DNA of 63,207 nucleotides, filler included. It is 11 parts of 11 records of this genome, joined end to end, with 100 filler letters (N's around TTAATTAATTAA, not from the genome) between each part and the next. Parts side by side here need not be neighbours in the genome. Positions count along the whole stretch, not along the records: positions 7,298 to 14,551 come from SRR20825010_3854; positions 14,652 to 21,264 come from SRR20825010_3855; 9 more parts are not named here. One strand, written 5' to 3'. Positions 10,360 to 19,944 of the stretch are shown piece after piece (within the stretch, counting starts at the first letter, position 1; every line of letters starts with the position of its first letter). Below the pieces are notes generated by a model. The model was given only the letters and a program-made list of their open reading frames with translations, had not been told where the DNA came from and made no database searches. The position numbers and the translations under genes are program-made.

Positions 10360-11008
10360 GTGACAACGTTGAAGGTAACACCCCGATTCCCTTGGTATGA
10401 CAGCCCTTGGATGAACCGATCATGCCGCCGCCAGAGATGTCATTCGTGACACCGGCAAGTCGCAATTCGAAATGCATGAGCTAAAGACCTTTGGCCGTTT
10501 GGTCATCCATAACCATACGCTTTTCAATGACTTGCAGGCGCGCATGGCTGAACGGGTCGGCGCGTTGGTCGGCGAAGAGGTTGAACCGTGCTATAACTTT
10601 CTGTCGATGTATTGGGCCATGGGGGTCTGCCCCATTCACATGGACGCCCCACAGGCCAAATGGACGGTCGATCTGTGTATCGATCAATCCGACATCTGGC
10701 CGATTCATTTCAGCCGTGTCGTCCCCTGGCCCGAGCCGGAAACAGGGTTTTCCGAAAACTGGCAGGAAGATCTGAAAAACGATCCGGACCTCGGCTTTCG
10801 GCCCTATGAATTGACACCGGGCAAGGCGATCATCTTTTCGGGCAGCTCCCAGTATCATTACCGGGACCGGATCGCAGGCACCGCACCGAACAAGGACGCC
10901 TTTTGCAACCTTGTGTTCCTGCATTATGTCCCCAAAGGAACCTCAGCCTATACCGACCCAAACGACTGGGCCGGATATTTTGGCGTTCCTGAACTGGTTT
11001 TCGACTAG
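10360..11008 (+). pseudogene. 2OG-Fe(II) oxygenase-like protein, apparently frameshifted near the 5' end (intact part 10472-11008)
   Basis: HxD ('IHMD') and distal His ('HYR') with a DSBH-like pattern; an N-terminal 'FPWYDSPW' segment (GTG 10360) lies one frame off the main ORF. Confidence 0.55.
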
Positions 11009-11388
11009 ATCGGACAGCCCAGCGCGTTTTCTGGCAAACCATAGCTGAGCCCGCGACCGATTCTGTGGGCCAGCGCCGACCATGATGCGGCCAGCATCGG
11101 CGGCAGTTCCTGTTCCAGAACAGCATCGAACAGCGACAGCCAGACCGTGAAATGCGCGCTTTTGACGTTGCCCGCAGCGGCATGCACCTGCATCGGATTG
11201 CCGTTGTAACACCGCTCCAGCAACAGGGCATTGCGCCAGAACCGCACGATCTTGGCCTCATGCGGCGGCCAGTCTGTCACATGGGCGGCAAATACCGGCC
11301 CCAGAACCGGGTGGGCGCGCACGCGGGCGTAGAACTGCGCCACAACCGTTTCAATCTGCGCCACGGTGACGGGAATGCGCGGCGGCAT
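11005..11388 (-). CDS. Group III truncated hemoglobin (ctb-like)
   Basis: 'FYARVRAHPVLGPVF', 'DWPPHEAKIVRFW', 'YNGNPMQVH', 'HFTVWLSLF' trHbP motifs; ATG at 11388. Confidence 0.9.
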   Translation of the reverse strand: MPPRIPVTVAQIETVVAQFYARVRAHPVLGPVFAAHVTDWPPHEAKIVRFWRNALLLERCYNGNPMQVHAAAGNVKSAHFTVWLSLFDAVLEQELPPMLAASWSALAHRIGRGLSYGLPENALGCPI

Positions 11389-11390
11389 AC

Positions 11391-11546
11391 TCAAACAACC
11401 AGCACCCAGACAACGATCAGGCACAGCACCAGATAAACAAGCGTGTTGACCATCCAGCGCAGCAATCCTGCCTCCCCTTCCGGATCGACGCCCATTTTTT
11501 CGCAGGCCTTGGTGCCCGGCCACAGGAAGACTTCGGAAAGGGTCAT
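11391..11546 (-). CDS. Small (51 aa) membrane protein
   Basis: GGAG RBS, ATG 11546, C-terminal hydrophobic helix, stop 2 nt upstream of the globin start. Confidence 0.7.
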   Translation of the reverse strand: MTLSEVFLWPGTKACEKMGVDPEGEAGLLRWMVNTLVYLVLCLIVVWVLVV

Positions 11547-11562
11547 GAGTTTCTCCAGAAAC

Positions 11563-11616
11563 AGGCATTTTGGATGCGCATTCTCTAGCACATTCGATTG
11601 CGCATTTCAAATACCA
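11563..11616. promoter_or_regulatory. Two NsrR/Rrf2-like operator boxes
   Basis: GCAT-TTTGG-ATGC (11565-11577) and GCAT-TTCAA-ATAC (11602-11614) fit the NsrR core GYAT-N5-ATRC, upstream of the small protein-globin operon. Confidence 0.55.
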
Positions 11617-12000
11617 AATACACGCCCTACATCTGGATTGGCTTTGTGCCCATTCGCAGCGCACCCTGTGCAGCCCGAAGTGAACCGAAACCCGGTCCGC
11701 AAAGCGGTTCTGGATCCCCACACCCCGCCCGATCCTGCGCAGTCGCAAAGGATCTCACACGTCCGGGTGCAAACGGCACGCGTGCCACGGACTACGCGGG
11801 TGTTCTAACCGCCTGCCAAGCGGATCTCGCGTCTTGAAACATGCGCAAGTGACCTATCGCAGGTCAGTGGCCGGGGACGGCGGGCGGGGCGATGTTTCGG
11901 TCGTTCAGACCGGGACGAGCGCCGTTCGTCGGCCCCCCCCCCAAAAGTTACCGAAAGGTAAAACCGTCTCTGTAAGCCCTTGATTTTTGGTGACCGAACC

Positions 12001-12020
12001 GCTGTCCACGCGTGGACAGC
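12001..12020. repeat. Perfect 20-bp palindrome
   Basis: GCTGTCCACG|CGTGGACAGC, 5 nt after the trgB stop. Confidence 0.7.
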
Positions 12021-12025
12021 CATTT

Positions 12026-13144
12026 TCAGCCCGCGCGCAACTGATCCCGCCTCGCCGCCACCCAATTGATCAGCATGACCAGTGGCAGGGCGTTGATTTC
12101 CCCCGTCTCCACCAGCTCCATCGCCTGATCAAAGGGGATCACATGGCTGCGGATATCCTCATTTTCCTCATCCAGTCCGGCCAGCCCCTTGTCCCGCCCG
12201 GACAGGTCACACAGACCCACATAGGAATGATAAAACTCGGTGGTATACCCGGGCGAGGCATAGCCCCGACAGGCCAAACGCAGCTCCTTCACATCCACAT
12301 GGGCCTCTTCCACAGCCTCACGCCGCGCCGCCTCTTCGGGGGCCTCCCCCGCATCGACCACGCCCGCCACCGCCTCCAATACCCAAGGCGCCGGATCGCC
12401 GCGATGGATCGGCCCAAAGCGCATCTGCTCGATCAACAGGACCTTGTCCAGAACCGGATCATACGGCAGCACCAGTGCCACGTCGAAGGCAATGAAACAC
12501 TCCCGCTCCAGCGGCGCGCTCCATTCGCCATCAAAGCGGCGATAGCGCAGCCGAAAGGGATCGATCCGAAAGAAGCCCTTGTACGGCGTGCCGCGCACCC
12601 CCTGATAATCCACATCTTCCATGCCACTGGCCCGACGCAGCGTCTGCGGCGCACCAGTGGCCGCGATCTGCTCTGCCCAGGCACGGGCGCGGAAAAACGG
12701 CAGCATCCCCGCCACCTCACGCGCATCATACGATCCACGCCGGTCCATCACCTCACGCGCGGCCCCCATGGTCACCGCGCCCCAACGCGCCGCCCAATCG
12801 TCCAGAGACCAATCCGCCCCCGGACGCCATCGGTCCGTCTGGGGAAAATAAACCTCGGCCGCATGCGGCCCCTCGGCGGTGTCCACATTCACCGGGCGCA
12901 ACGTATAGACAAAGCCACCCTCATAGAAATCCAGCGCGGCGCGGTCCTCATCGCTGAGGCCGCGCACCAAAACGCCCTCAGCCATGCCGCCGTCGCGTTC
13001 GATCACCAGCGGAAAGGCCTGCCCCTCGGCCCAGACCACCGCGTGCCCCGGCAAGCGGGCAGGCACCATGTCAGGCACCCGGCCCAACACAAGTTCAAGC
13101 AGCGGCAGATGCCGCAGCGTGCCGTAGAAAAACAGATTTGACAG
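12026..13144 (-). CDS. trgB: GGCT-NUDIX fusion (TrgB-like ADP-ribose pyrophosphatase); probable CTG start
   Basis: N-terminal 'LFFYGTL' GGCT motif and Nudix box 'GVVDAGEAPEEAARREAVEEAH'; GGAGG 5 nt before CTG at 13144. Confidence 0.85.
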   Translation of the reverse strand: MSNLFFYGTLRHLPLLELVLGRVPDMVPARLPGHAVVWAEGQAFPLVIERDGGMAEGVLVRGLSDEDRAALDFYEGGFVYTLRPVNVDTAEGPHAAEVYFPQTDRWRPGADWSLDDWAARWGAVTMGAAREVMDRRGSYDAREVAGMLPFFRARAWAEQIAATGAPQTLRRASGMEDVDYQGVRGTPYKGFFRIDPFRLRYRRFDGEWSAPLERECFIAFDVALVLPYDPVLDKVLLIEQMRFGPIHRGDPAPWVLEAVAGVVDAGEAPEEAARREAVEEAHVDVKELRLACRGYASPGYTTEFYHSYVGLCDLSGRDKGLAGLDEENEDIRSHVIPFDQAMELVETGEINALPLVMLINWVAARRDQLRAG

Positions 13145-13146
13145 GG

Positions 13147-13587
13147 TTACCTCCAGCGTCTGCCCGCCATCTCGACCACCAGCGCAACCGCGATGGCCCC
13201 ACCCAGCAGGGTCAGGATCAACTGCACATCCCCAAGGATCATCGCGTAGTCGATGCTTTTTTCGAAGATAGCTGCAATAGCTTCGAGAGGTGTATCATAG
13301 CGGCGCGCAAAGGACAGGCGCACCATCTCGTTCGTGCCCTGTACCAGAACCCCCAATACAACCATGGCGACCGCGCTGGTGATCCCGTTGTTGATCGCCG
13401 ATGTCAGCCCGTCGCCGGCTCGCCGCCCCAGAAACAACCACCCCACCAGAGCGCCAAGACCGGCGTTGACGTAGTTGAAATAGCCAAAGTCAACGCTGAA
13501 CGGCACAAGAGGACGGATCATCTCCGATATAATCCAGCCCAGCGCCGCAAGGCCGAGGGCAGCAAGAAGTTTCGCAGCGTTGGGCAT
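13147..13587 (-). CDS. trgA: TrgA family membrane protein
   Basis: 'MPNAAKL', four hydrophobic helices, 'EMVRLSFARRYD'; synteny cfa-trgA-trgB. Confidence 0.85.
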   Translation of the reverse strand: MPNAAKLLAALGLAALGWIISEMIRPLVPFSVDFGYFNYVNAGLGALVGWLFLGRRAGDGLTSAINNGITSAVAMVVLGVLVQGTNEMVRLSFARRYDTPLEAIAAIFEKSIDYAMILGDVQLILTLLGGAIAVALVVEMAGRRWR

Positions 13588-13590
13588 GTG

Positions 13591-14551
13591 TCAGGCGGGC
13601 TTTGCAATCGTGATCTGGGTCACGTCACAGTTACCGTTGTGAAAGGTCGCGGCGCAAGAGGCGAGGTAGAAATTCCACATTCGCCGAAACCGGTCATCGA
13701 ACCCCAGCGCGGAAATCTCGTCCCACCGGGCCTCAAAGGTCTCATGCCAGCGGCGCAGCGTCTGCGAATAGCTCTCGCCGAATTCCAGACTGTGCACAAC
13801 CTGCAGACCCGCCCGTTCGATTTCCTGCCGCAACACCACCGGAGAGGGCAGCATCCCACCCGGGAAAATGTATTTTTGGATGAAGTCCACCCCGCGCCGA
13901 TACACCTCCCACCGCTTGTGCTGCACCGTGATGATCTGCAACGTCGCGGTTTTTCCGGGTTTGAGCCTGTCGCGGACCGTGTCGAAATAGACCGGCCAAT
14001 ATTTTTCGCCCACCGCCTCGAACATCTCGATAGAGGCGATTCCGTCATAACTGCCGCGCTCATCGCGGTAGTCCTGCAATTTCAGGTCCACACGGTCGGA
14101 CAGCCCGGCCCGCGCGATCCGGTCCTGCGCATAGTCAAACTGTTCGCGACTGATCGTCAGGCCGGTGACACGCAGCCCGCGTTCCTTGGCCGCATATTCG
14201 GCGAACCCGCCCCAGCCACAACCGATCTCAAGCACATGATCGCCGGGCTGCGCGCCCATCTGGTCAATCATCGAGGCGTATTTCAGCTCTTGCGCCCGTT
14301 CCAGCCCCTCTTGTCCGGTCTCAAACATTGCCGAAGAATAGGTCATCGTCTCATCCAGCCAGAGCCCATAGAACGCATTGCCCAGATCGTAATGATGCGC
14401 GATGTTCTTTTTTGCCTGCCGCTTGCTGTTGGATTGCAGCCAGAACCGCACCCGCTCCCACGCGCGCACGACGCCGCCTCCGGGATATGCGTCGAACATC
14501 TCTTCGTTGGCGTGAACAAGGTCAAGAAAGCCCATCAGATCGGGTGTGGAC
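13591..14551 (-). CDS. cfa: Cyclopropane-fatty-acyl-phospholipid synthase (5' truncated)
   Basis: 'HYDLGN', 'LEIGCGWG', 'SIEMFEAVG', 'YIFPGG'. Confidence 0.93.
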
Positions 14552-14651
14552 NNNNNNNNNNNNNNNNNNNNNNNNNNNNNNNNNNNNNNNNNNNNTTAAT
14601 TAATTAANNNNNNNNNNNNNNNNNNNNNNNNNNNNNNNNNNNNNNNNNNNN

Positions 14652-14684
14652 GCCCTGGATACCGGGTCAAGCCCGGCATGACGG
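14652..14684. repeat. Alphaproteobacterial REP-like palindrome at contig start
   Basis: GCCCTGGATACCGGG-TCAAG-CCCGGCATGAC; related copy at 21235-21264. Confidence 0.7.
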
Positions 14685-14737
14685 ACGAGCTTGGGAAGCG
14701 CTTTCTCAACAAACTGATCGCTGACCCATGCCGTGGG

Positions 14738-15646
14738 TCAGCGGTTTTTCAAACCAGAGGCCTGTGACCGGCGCCAGGCGGCCGGCGTCTCGCCGGTAAC
14801 CTGGCGGAACACCCGTGTCAGATGCGCCTGGTCGGCAAAGCCGAGCTGTACTGCCACCTCGGCGACACTGCCGCTGCCCCGGTAGAGAAGCGCCTGCGCC
14901 CTCTCGATGCGTTTCGCGAGCTGCCATTGCAGCGGTGTCCGGCCGGTCGTCTGTTTGAACGCGGTCGAAAACCAGCTTTCCGAAAGGCCGACGGTTTCAG
15001 CCATCTCGGCAATGCTCATGCGGCCGTCGACGGATTCGGAAAACCGGTTGGCGAGGCGGTTCATCTGCGCCTTCGTGATCCGGCCGCCAGCCCTGCGCCG
15101 TCCGGCCTCCGCCGGAATTTCGAGAAGCGCGGCGGCGACGCTGCCGACCAGGCTCTCGGCATAGAGCGCGTGACGTGTCGGATCGGAGACTTCATCGACG
15201 ATCAGTCGCGCCAGCGTTTCGATCGGACCGACATCCTGGATCTCGACCGGTCGGCGCAGCACCGCGCGCGCCGCCGACATGCCGATCGAGGGCGCGATGA
15301 AGCGCAACAGGCGGTCTTCATGCAAATGGAGATCGAGGTGGGAAAACCGGTGCCAGGCGGTGAACCGGGTCCACATCGGAAGCCCGGCCGGCACGAAGAT
15401 CGCCCGCGTCATCGGCCGGTCATGCGCACCGAGCTCGCCATCCCTGTTCGACATGCGGATGTGACGGGACACATCGTTGAAGAAAATTACGATCCTCGGG
15501 TCCGGCGACAGATAATAGGCGTTCGCGCCGGGATGCCCCTCCGCATCCCAGTAGACGCTCACGAGCCCATCGAGGCCGCGCCATTTGACCGGCGCCACCG
15601 GATGGATACCCTCAGTCTGGCAGATCATGGAATGTTGATAGATCAA
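14738..15646 (-). CDS. AraC family transcriptional regulator
   Basis: C-terminal double HTH 'AEVAVQLGFADQAHLTRVFRQVTGETP'; exact start (TTG 15646 or ATG 15628) uncertain. Confidence 0.92.
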   Translation of the reverse strand: MIYQHSMICQTEGIHPVAPVKWRGLDGLVSVYWDAEGHPGANAYYLSPDPRIVIFFNDVSRHIRMSNRDGELGAHDRPMTRAIFVPAGLPMWTRFTAWHRFSHLDLHLHEDRLLRFIAPSIGMSAARAVLRRPVEIQDVGPIETLARLIVDEVSDPTRHALYAESLVGSVAAALLEIPAEAGRRRAGGRITKAQMNRLANRFSESVDGRMSIAEMAETVGLSESWFSTAFKQTTGRTPLQWQLAKRIERAQALLYRGSGSVAEVAVQLGFADQAHLTRVFRQVTGETPAAWRRSQASGLKNR

Positions 15647-15750
15647 GACAGAACACCATTTTCCCGGGCGCAGATCCGGCTTGCGCCCGTCGATGGGGCC
15701 GGGTGATCCTGCTCGTCCCGCGCGAGACGAACAGGATCAGCCATTTAACT

Positions 15751-15765
15751 GGACTATAAATATCA
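15751..15765. promoter_or_regulatory. Possible IRO/RirA-type iron box upstream of AraC
   Basis: Minus strand TGA-TATTTATAG-TCC, one mismatch to TGA-N9-TCA, in an AT-rich patch. Confidence 0.3.
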
Positions 15766-15816
15766 TATTTTTTCCATGCGCAAGCATCGAAACCGCTCCG
15801 ACCGCCGGGAGCAGCT

Positions 15817-16815
15817 TCAGGAAAGCCCTGCCCTGTTCGGCGCTTCCGTCCGTGCAGAGGCGGGGATCGGATAATCATCGGGCGAAGGCTCCCGCGGGGC
15901 CAGGGTGGGAACGATCCCCTCCGCGCTCAACCTCTCGAGCTGCTGCCACAGCAGCGTCCGCACCGCGCGCACCGCAGCGGAGTTGGGGCGCTCCGTACTG
16001 GTGATGACGAACATCTGCCGCGTCAGCGGCAGGTCGGGGATCTGTCGGATGAAAAGCTTGCCTTCGCGCACGCCTTCGAGCATGCCCGCGCGCGGCATGA
16101 TCGTGTAGGCATAGCCGCAGGCGAGCAGCTTGCGCAGCAGCGAGGAACTGTCCTGGCGGGTGCGCAGGTTCAAGCGCAGACCGCGATCGAAGGCGACCTG
16201 GTCGATGGTCCGGTGGGTGAGGTGTCCCTGGGACGGCAGGACCAGCGGCGCGCGGCAAGCTTCGGCAAATTCGATCGGCCCCGGCTGGTCAAGCGGCATG
16301 CCGATCCCGCCGGCAAAGATCATCTCGTCGATATAGGCAAGTTCGGCCTTGACGTTGGGCATCGATTTCGCACCCGGTACGATGCCGACATCGACCTGCC
16401 CTTCCCTGATCAGCTGGGCGGCCGGATAACTCATTGCGCGGCGCACGGTTATCTTCACATCGGGAAACAGCGCCTCCGCGCGCATCATCAGTTCGGGCGC
16501 CAGAAGGTTGGCGACAGCGGCGGCGATCACCACGGACACCTCGCCCGCCGGCACCTGACTGGCATGCTTCACATCGAGCCTGGCCTGCTCCAGGTCCGAA
16601 GAGATTTTCTTGGCGTATTTCAGGAACATCTCGCCCGCCGGGGTCAGTTCCATGCCCGTCGTGCGGCGATGAAACAGCGTTGCCCCCAGTTGATGTTCGA
16701 GATTGGCGACAAGCTGGCTCAGCGCCGGCTGCGCGATGCCCAGACTGCCCGCCGCCTTCGACAGCGATCCGGCCTGGGCGATCTCGATAAAGGTGTTCAG
16801 ATTTTTGAGCTTCAT
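15817..16815 (-). CDS. LysR family transcriptional regulator
   Basis: N-terminal HTH 'GSLSKAAGSLGIAQPALSQ..LE..LG..LF.R', LysR substrate domain; divergent from tct operon. Confidence 0.95.
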   Translation of the reverse strand: MKLKNLNTFIEIAQAGSLSKAAGSLGIAQPALSQLVANLEHQLGATLFHRRTTGMELTPAGEMFLKYAKKISSDLEQARLDVKHASQVPAGEVSVVIAAAVANLLAPELMMRAEALFPDVKITVRRAMSYPAAQLIREGQVDVGIVPGAKSMPNVKAELAYIDEMIFAGGIGMPLDQPGPIEFAEACRAPLVLPSQGHLTHRTIDQVAFDRGLRLNLRTRQDSSSLLRKLLACGYAYTIMPRAGMLEGVREGKLFIRQIPDLPLTRQMFVITSTERPNSAAVRAVRTLLWQQLERLSAEGIVPTLAPREPSPDDYPIPASARTEAPNRAGLS

Positions 16816-16934
16816 GCGGCAGTATAATAAAAACCTTATACCCGGTGGTCAATCTTTGAGTTACTCAAGCCTCCAAAACTCCCGTACAGGTAGCGGCAAA
16901 AGAGCGCCAAAACAGACTGGCGCGGGAGGGAAAC

Positions 16935-17384
16935 ATGAAAAAGGCAGAGCTGGTTTCCGGCTTGGTGCTTATGGCATTCGGTATTTTATTATGGCTTGTC
17001 CTGATCCCCTGGCAAATCGACGAGGCGCCGATGGCGATCATATCGCCGCGCATGATGCCGCTTCTCTGTGCGGCCATTCTGGTGCTTCTGAGCCTGGTGT
17101 TGATCATCCAGTCCTTGCTGGCGCTGCGTCAGGTCCGCGATGACAGCGGTCCGGTATTCACGCGGAGTGAAGTCGTCGCCACTCTCGGCATTGTCGCTCT
17201 GTTCGCTGTCGCCACACTACTGTTCGTCTACACCGGGCCGCTGCTTCCGGGGCTGATGATTGTCATCCTGCCGATGCTGGCGCTTGGCGAGCGGCGGATT
17301 GCGATGCTCACCCTGCTGCCCGCCGGCCTCATGGGCGGCGCCTGGCTGTTGTTCTACGTCGTGCTGGGGACAAGCTTCCAATGA
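16935..17384 (+). CDS. tctB: Tripartite tricarboxylate transporter TctB
   Basis: 149 aa, 4-5 TM helices, 'SPRMMP' motif, precedes tctA. Confidence 0.8.
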   Translation: MKKAELVSGLVLMAFGILLWLVLIPWQIDEAPMAIISPRMMPLLCAAILVLLSLVLIIQSLLALRQVRDDSGPVFTRSEVVATLGIVALFAVATLLFVYTGPLLPGLMIVILPMLALGERRIAMLTLLPAGLMGGAWLLFYVVLGTSFQ

Positions 17385-18946
17385 TCGATGCATTCATCAC
17401 TCCGCTCGCGGCCGGGTTCGCCTCCATCGCCAATTTCTCGACGCTTTTCTACGTCTTCATCGGCGTGGCGGTGGGATATGCGGTTGGCGCCATCCCCGGT
17501 CTTGGCAAGGGCACCGCCACCGCCGTCCTGATCCCGGTGACTTTCTATCTGGACCCCGTCGCCGCCATCGGCCTGCTGATCGGCATCGCCAAGGGGTCGA
17601 CCGCCGGCAGCGCGATCTCCGCCATCCTCATGAACACCCCCGGCGAGCCATCCTCGGCCGCCACGGCCTTCGACGGCTATCCGCTGGCGCAGCAGGGCAA
17701 GGCCGGCAAGGCGCTGAAGATGGGGCTCTATGCCTCGGTGATCGGCGACCTGATCTCGACCCTCTGCCTGATCGCGCTGGCAGCGCCGCTGGCCCAGTTC
17801 GCGCTCGAGATCGGGCCGGTCGAACAATTCGCCATCCTGCTGTTCTCGCTGACCTTCATAGGGGCACTGGCGGGCAAGTCCCTGGTAAAGGGCCTGATTT
17901 CCGGCACGCTCGGCCTGCTGATCGCAACGGTCGGCCTGGAGATCGAAACCGCCGTGCCCCGCTTCACCTTCGGTCAGCTCTCGCTGTTCGACGGCTTGTC
18001 GCTGATCCCTGTCGCTATCGGCATGATGGCGGTGTCCGAGATGATCCTGCAGATGGCCAACCACCGCGCCCTTGATCGCCAGGTGGCCGAGATCCGCGTC
18101 TCGTCCGACCCGGATGACAGCCGGGTGACCGGCGAGGACTGGCGCCGCTGCCTGCCCGTGATCCTGCGCGGCACCGGGATCGGAGTTTTCGTCGGCATCC
18201 TGCCGGGCCTTGGCGCAAGCGTTGCCTCGTTCATGTCCTACGGCGCCACCGCGCGGATGTCGAAGACCCCGGAGCGCTTCGGCAAGGGCGCGATCGAAGG
18301 TGTCGCGGCTTCCGAAAGCGCGGACAACGCGGTGGTGCCATCCAGCTTCGTGCCGCTGTTCGCGCTCGGTATCCCCGGCTCGGTGATCGCGGCGATCCTG
18401 ATATCCGCCTTCGTCATTCACGGGATCACCCCCGGTCCGCTGATGTTCGTCGAGGACGCGGAAATCGTCCAGAGCCTCTACGCGGCGATGATCGTGGCGA
18501 GTTTCGCGCTGCTGGCGATCGGGCTGATCGGCCAGTCGTTCTTCACCTGGGTGATCCGCTCGCCGATGCGGCTGATTGCGCCCGCTGTCCTGTTCTTCTG
18601 CGCGATCGGATCGTTCATGCAGGGCGGAGGACTGTTCGGCATCGGGATAATGATGCTGTTCGCGGTGCTCGGCGTGCTGGCCAAGAAGCTCGACTATTCC
18701 TTCGTCACGTTTCTGATCGGCTTCGTCATCGGGCCGTCGCTGGAACTGACCCTGCGCCAGACGATCCCGCTGCTCGACCGGGATGTCGCCAACCTTGCGC
18801 AGCATCCAATAGCGGCCGTTTTCATCGGCCTGACCGTCGCGCTCATCTCGATCCTGGCGCTGGCCGAAATCCGGCGCCGCACACGGGCGGCCCTCGAAAT
18901 ATCCGAAGGGGCCGCCGCATTCGATAAAACCGGGAGGAACTCATGA
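17381..18946 (+). CDS. tctA: Tripartite tricarboxylate transporter TctA
   Basis: 'GAIPGLG', 'ILMNTPGEPSSAATAFDGYP', 'ESADNA', 'LGIPGS'. Confidence 0.95.
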   Translation: MIDAFITPLAAGFASIANFSTLFYVFIGVAVGYAVGAIPGLGKGTATAVLIPVTFYLDPVAAIGLLIGIAKGSTAGSAISAILMNTPGEPSSAATAFDGYPLAQQGKAGKALKMGLYASVIGDLISTLCLIALAAPLAQFALEIGPVEQFAILLFSLTFIGALAGKSLVKGLISGTLGLLIATVGLEIETAVPRFTFGQLSLFDGLSLIPVAIGMMAVSEMILQMANHRALDRQVAEIRVSSDPDDSRVTGEDWRRCLPVILRGTGIGVFVGILPGLGASVASFMSYGATARMSKTPERFGKGAIEGVAASESADNAVVPSSFVPLFALGIPGSVIAAILISAFVIHGITPGPLMFVEDAEIVQSLYAAMIVASFALLAIGLIGQSFFTWVIRSPMRLIAPAVLFFCAIGSFMQGGGLFGIGIMMLFAVLGVLAKKLDYSFVTFLIGFVIGPSLELTLRQTIPLLDRDVANLAQHPIAAVFIGLTVALISILALAEIRRRTRAALEISEGAAAFDKTGRNS

Positions 18947-19890
18947 CCATACTGAAGAAACTCGCCGCCGCGGCGTTCGCCACGGCGACACTCGTCGCGG
19001 GGGCGGCGTCGGCGGAAGACTATCCCTCGAAAGCGATCACCGTGCTGATCGGCTACGAAGCCGGCGGCGGCACCGACACGATCGGCCGGGTCCTGTTCGA
19101 GGAGATGAAGGAAACCCTCGGCCAGCAGATCATCGTGGTCAACGTGCCGGGGGCTGCCAGCAGTGTCGCCGCCCTCAAGCTGAAGATGGCGACGCCCGAC
19201 GGCTACACGCTGATGCTGTCGCCTTCAACCGCCGTTGCCACCAACCAGATCTGGAATCCGGCCGCCGATTACGAAGTCGGGGATTTCACCATGATCGGTT
19301 CGATCGCGGCCTACCAACCCGCCTTCGCCGCGCCCATGGATCGCCCCTACGACACGTTCGACGAATTCGTCGCCTTCGCCAGGGAAAACCCCGGCGCCAA
19401 GGTCGCAACGATTACGCCGGCTTCGAAGGTGCAGATGGAACTGGTTGCCAAGCAGGAAGGCCTGGAACTGAACTTCGTTCCGGTGAAGGGCGGCGCGGGC
19501 ATGATCAGCGGATTGCTCGGCGGCGATTTCGACGTCGCCTACAGCGGCGGCGCGCACCAGAAATATCCCGACAAGATCAAGACCATTGCCTCGACCGGAG
19601 AGGAACGCCTGGTCGCCAGCCCCGACATCAAGACGATGAACGAATACGGCTACATGTCCAGCTACGGTTCGAAGCTGGTTCTCGTGGGGCCGGCCGGTCT
19701 GCCTGACGACGTCGTTGCCACGCTCGAGAAGGCGCTGCTGGAGGCCGGCCGCACCGAGAGCGTCCGTCAGGTGATGGCCAATCTCGATTTCCCGTCGGTA
19801 GAGAAAGGCTCGGTCGAGCTTACGGCGGAGGTCAACGCCGCCCACGAGGCCGAGCTCAAGCTCAAGGAAGCCGTCTCGGCGCCCAATTGA
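18943..19890 (+). CDS. tctC: TctC/Bug family substrate-binding protein
   Basis: 'YPSKAIT..GYEAGGGTD', 'NVPGA', 'PDGYTL'. Confidence 0.92.
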   Translation: MTILKKLAAAAFATATLVAGAASAEDYPSKAITVLIGYEAGGGTDTIGRVLFEEMKETLGQQIIVVNVPGAASSVAALKLKMATPDGYTLMLSPSTAVATNQIWNPAADYEVGDFTMIGSIAAYQPAFAAPMDRPYDTFDEFVAFARENPGAKVATITPASKVQMELVAKQEGLELNFVPVKGGAGMISGLLGGDFDVAYSGGAHQKYPDKIKTIASTGEERLVASPDIKTMNEYGYMSSYGSKLVLVGPAGLPDDVVATLEKALLEAGRTESVRQVMANLDFPSVEKGSVELTAEVNAAHEAELKLKEAVSAPN

Positions 19891-19944
19891 ACACCATCCC
19901 CGGGGCGCGATGGTCGCGTCCCGGAATTTCCGGGAGTATCATCC

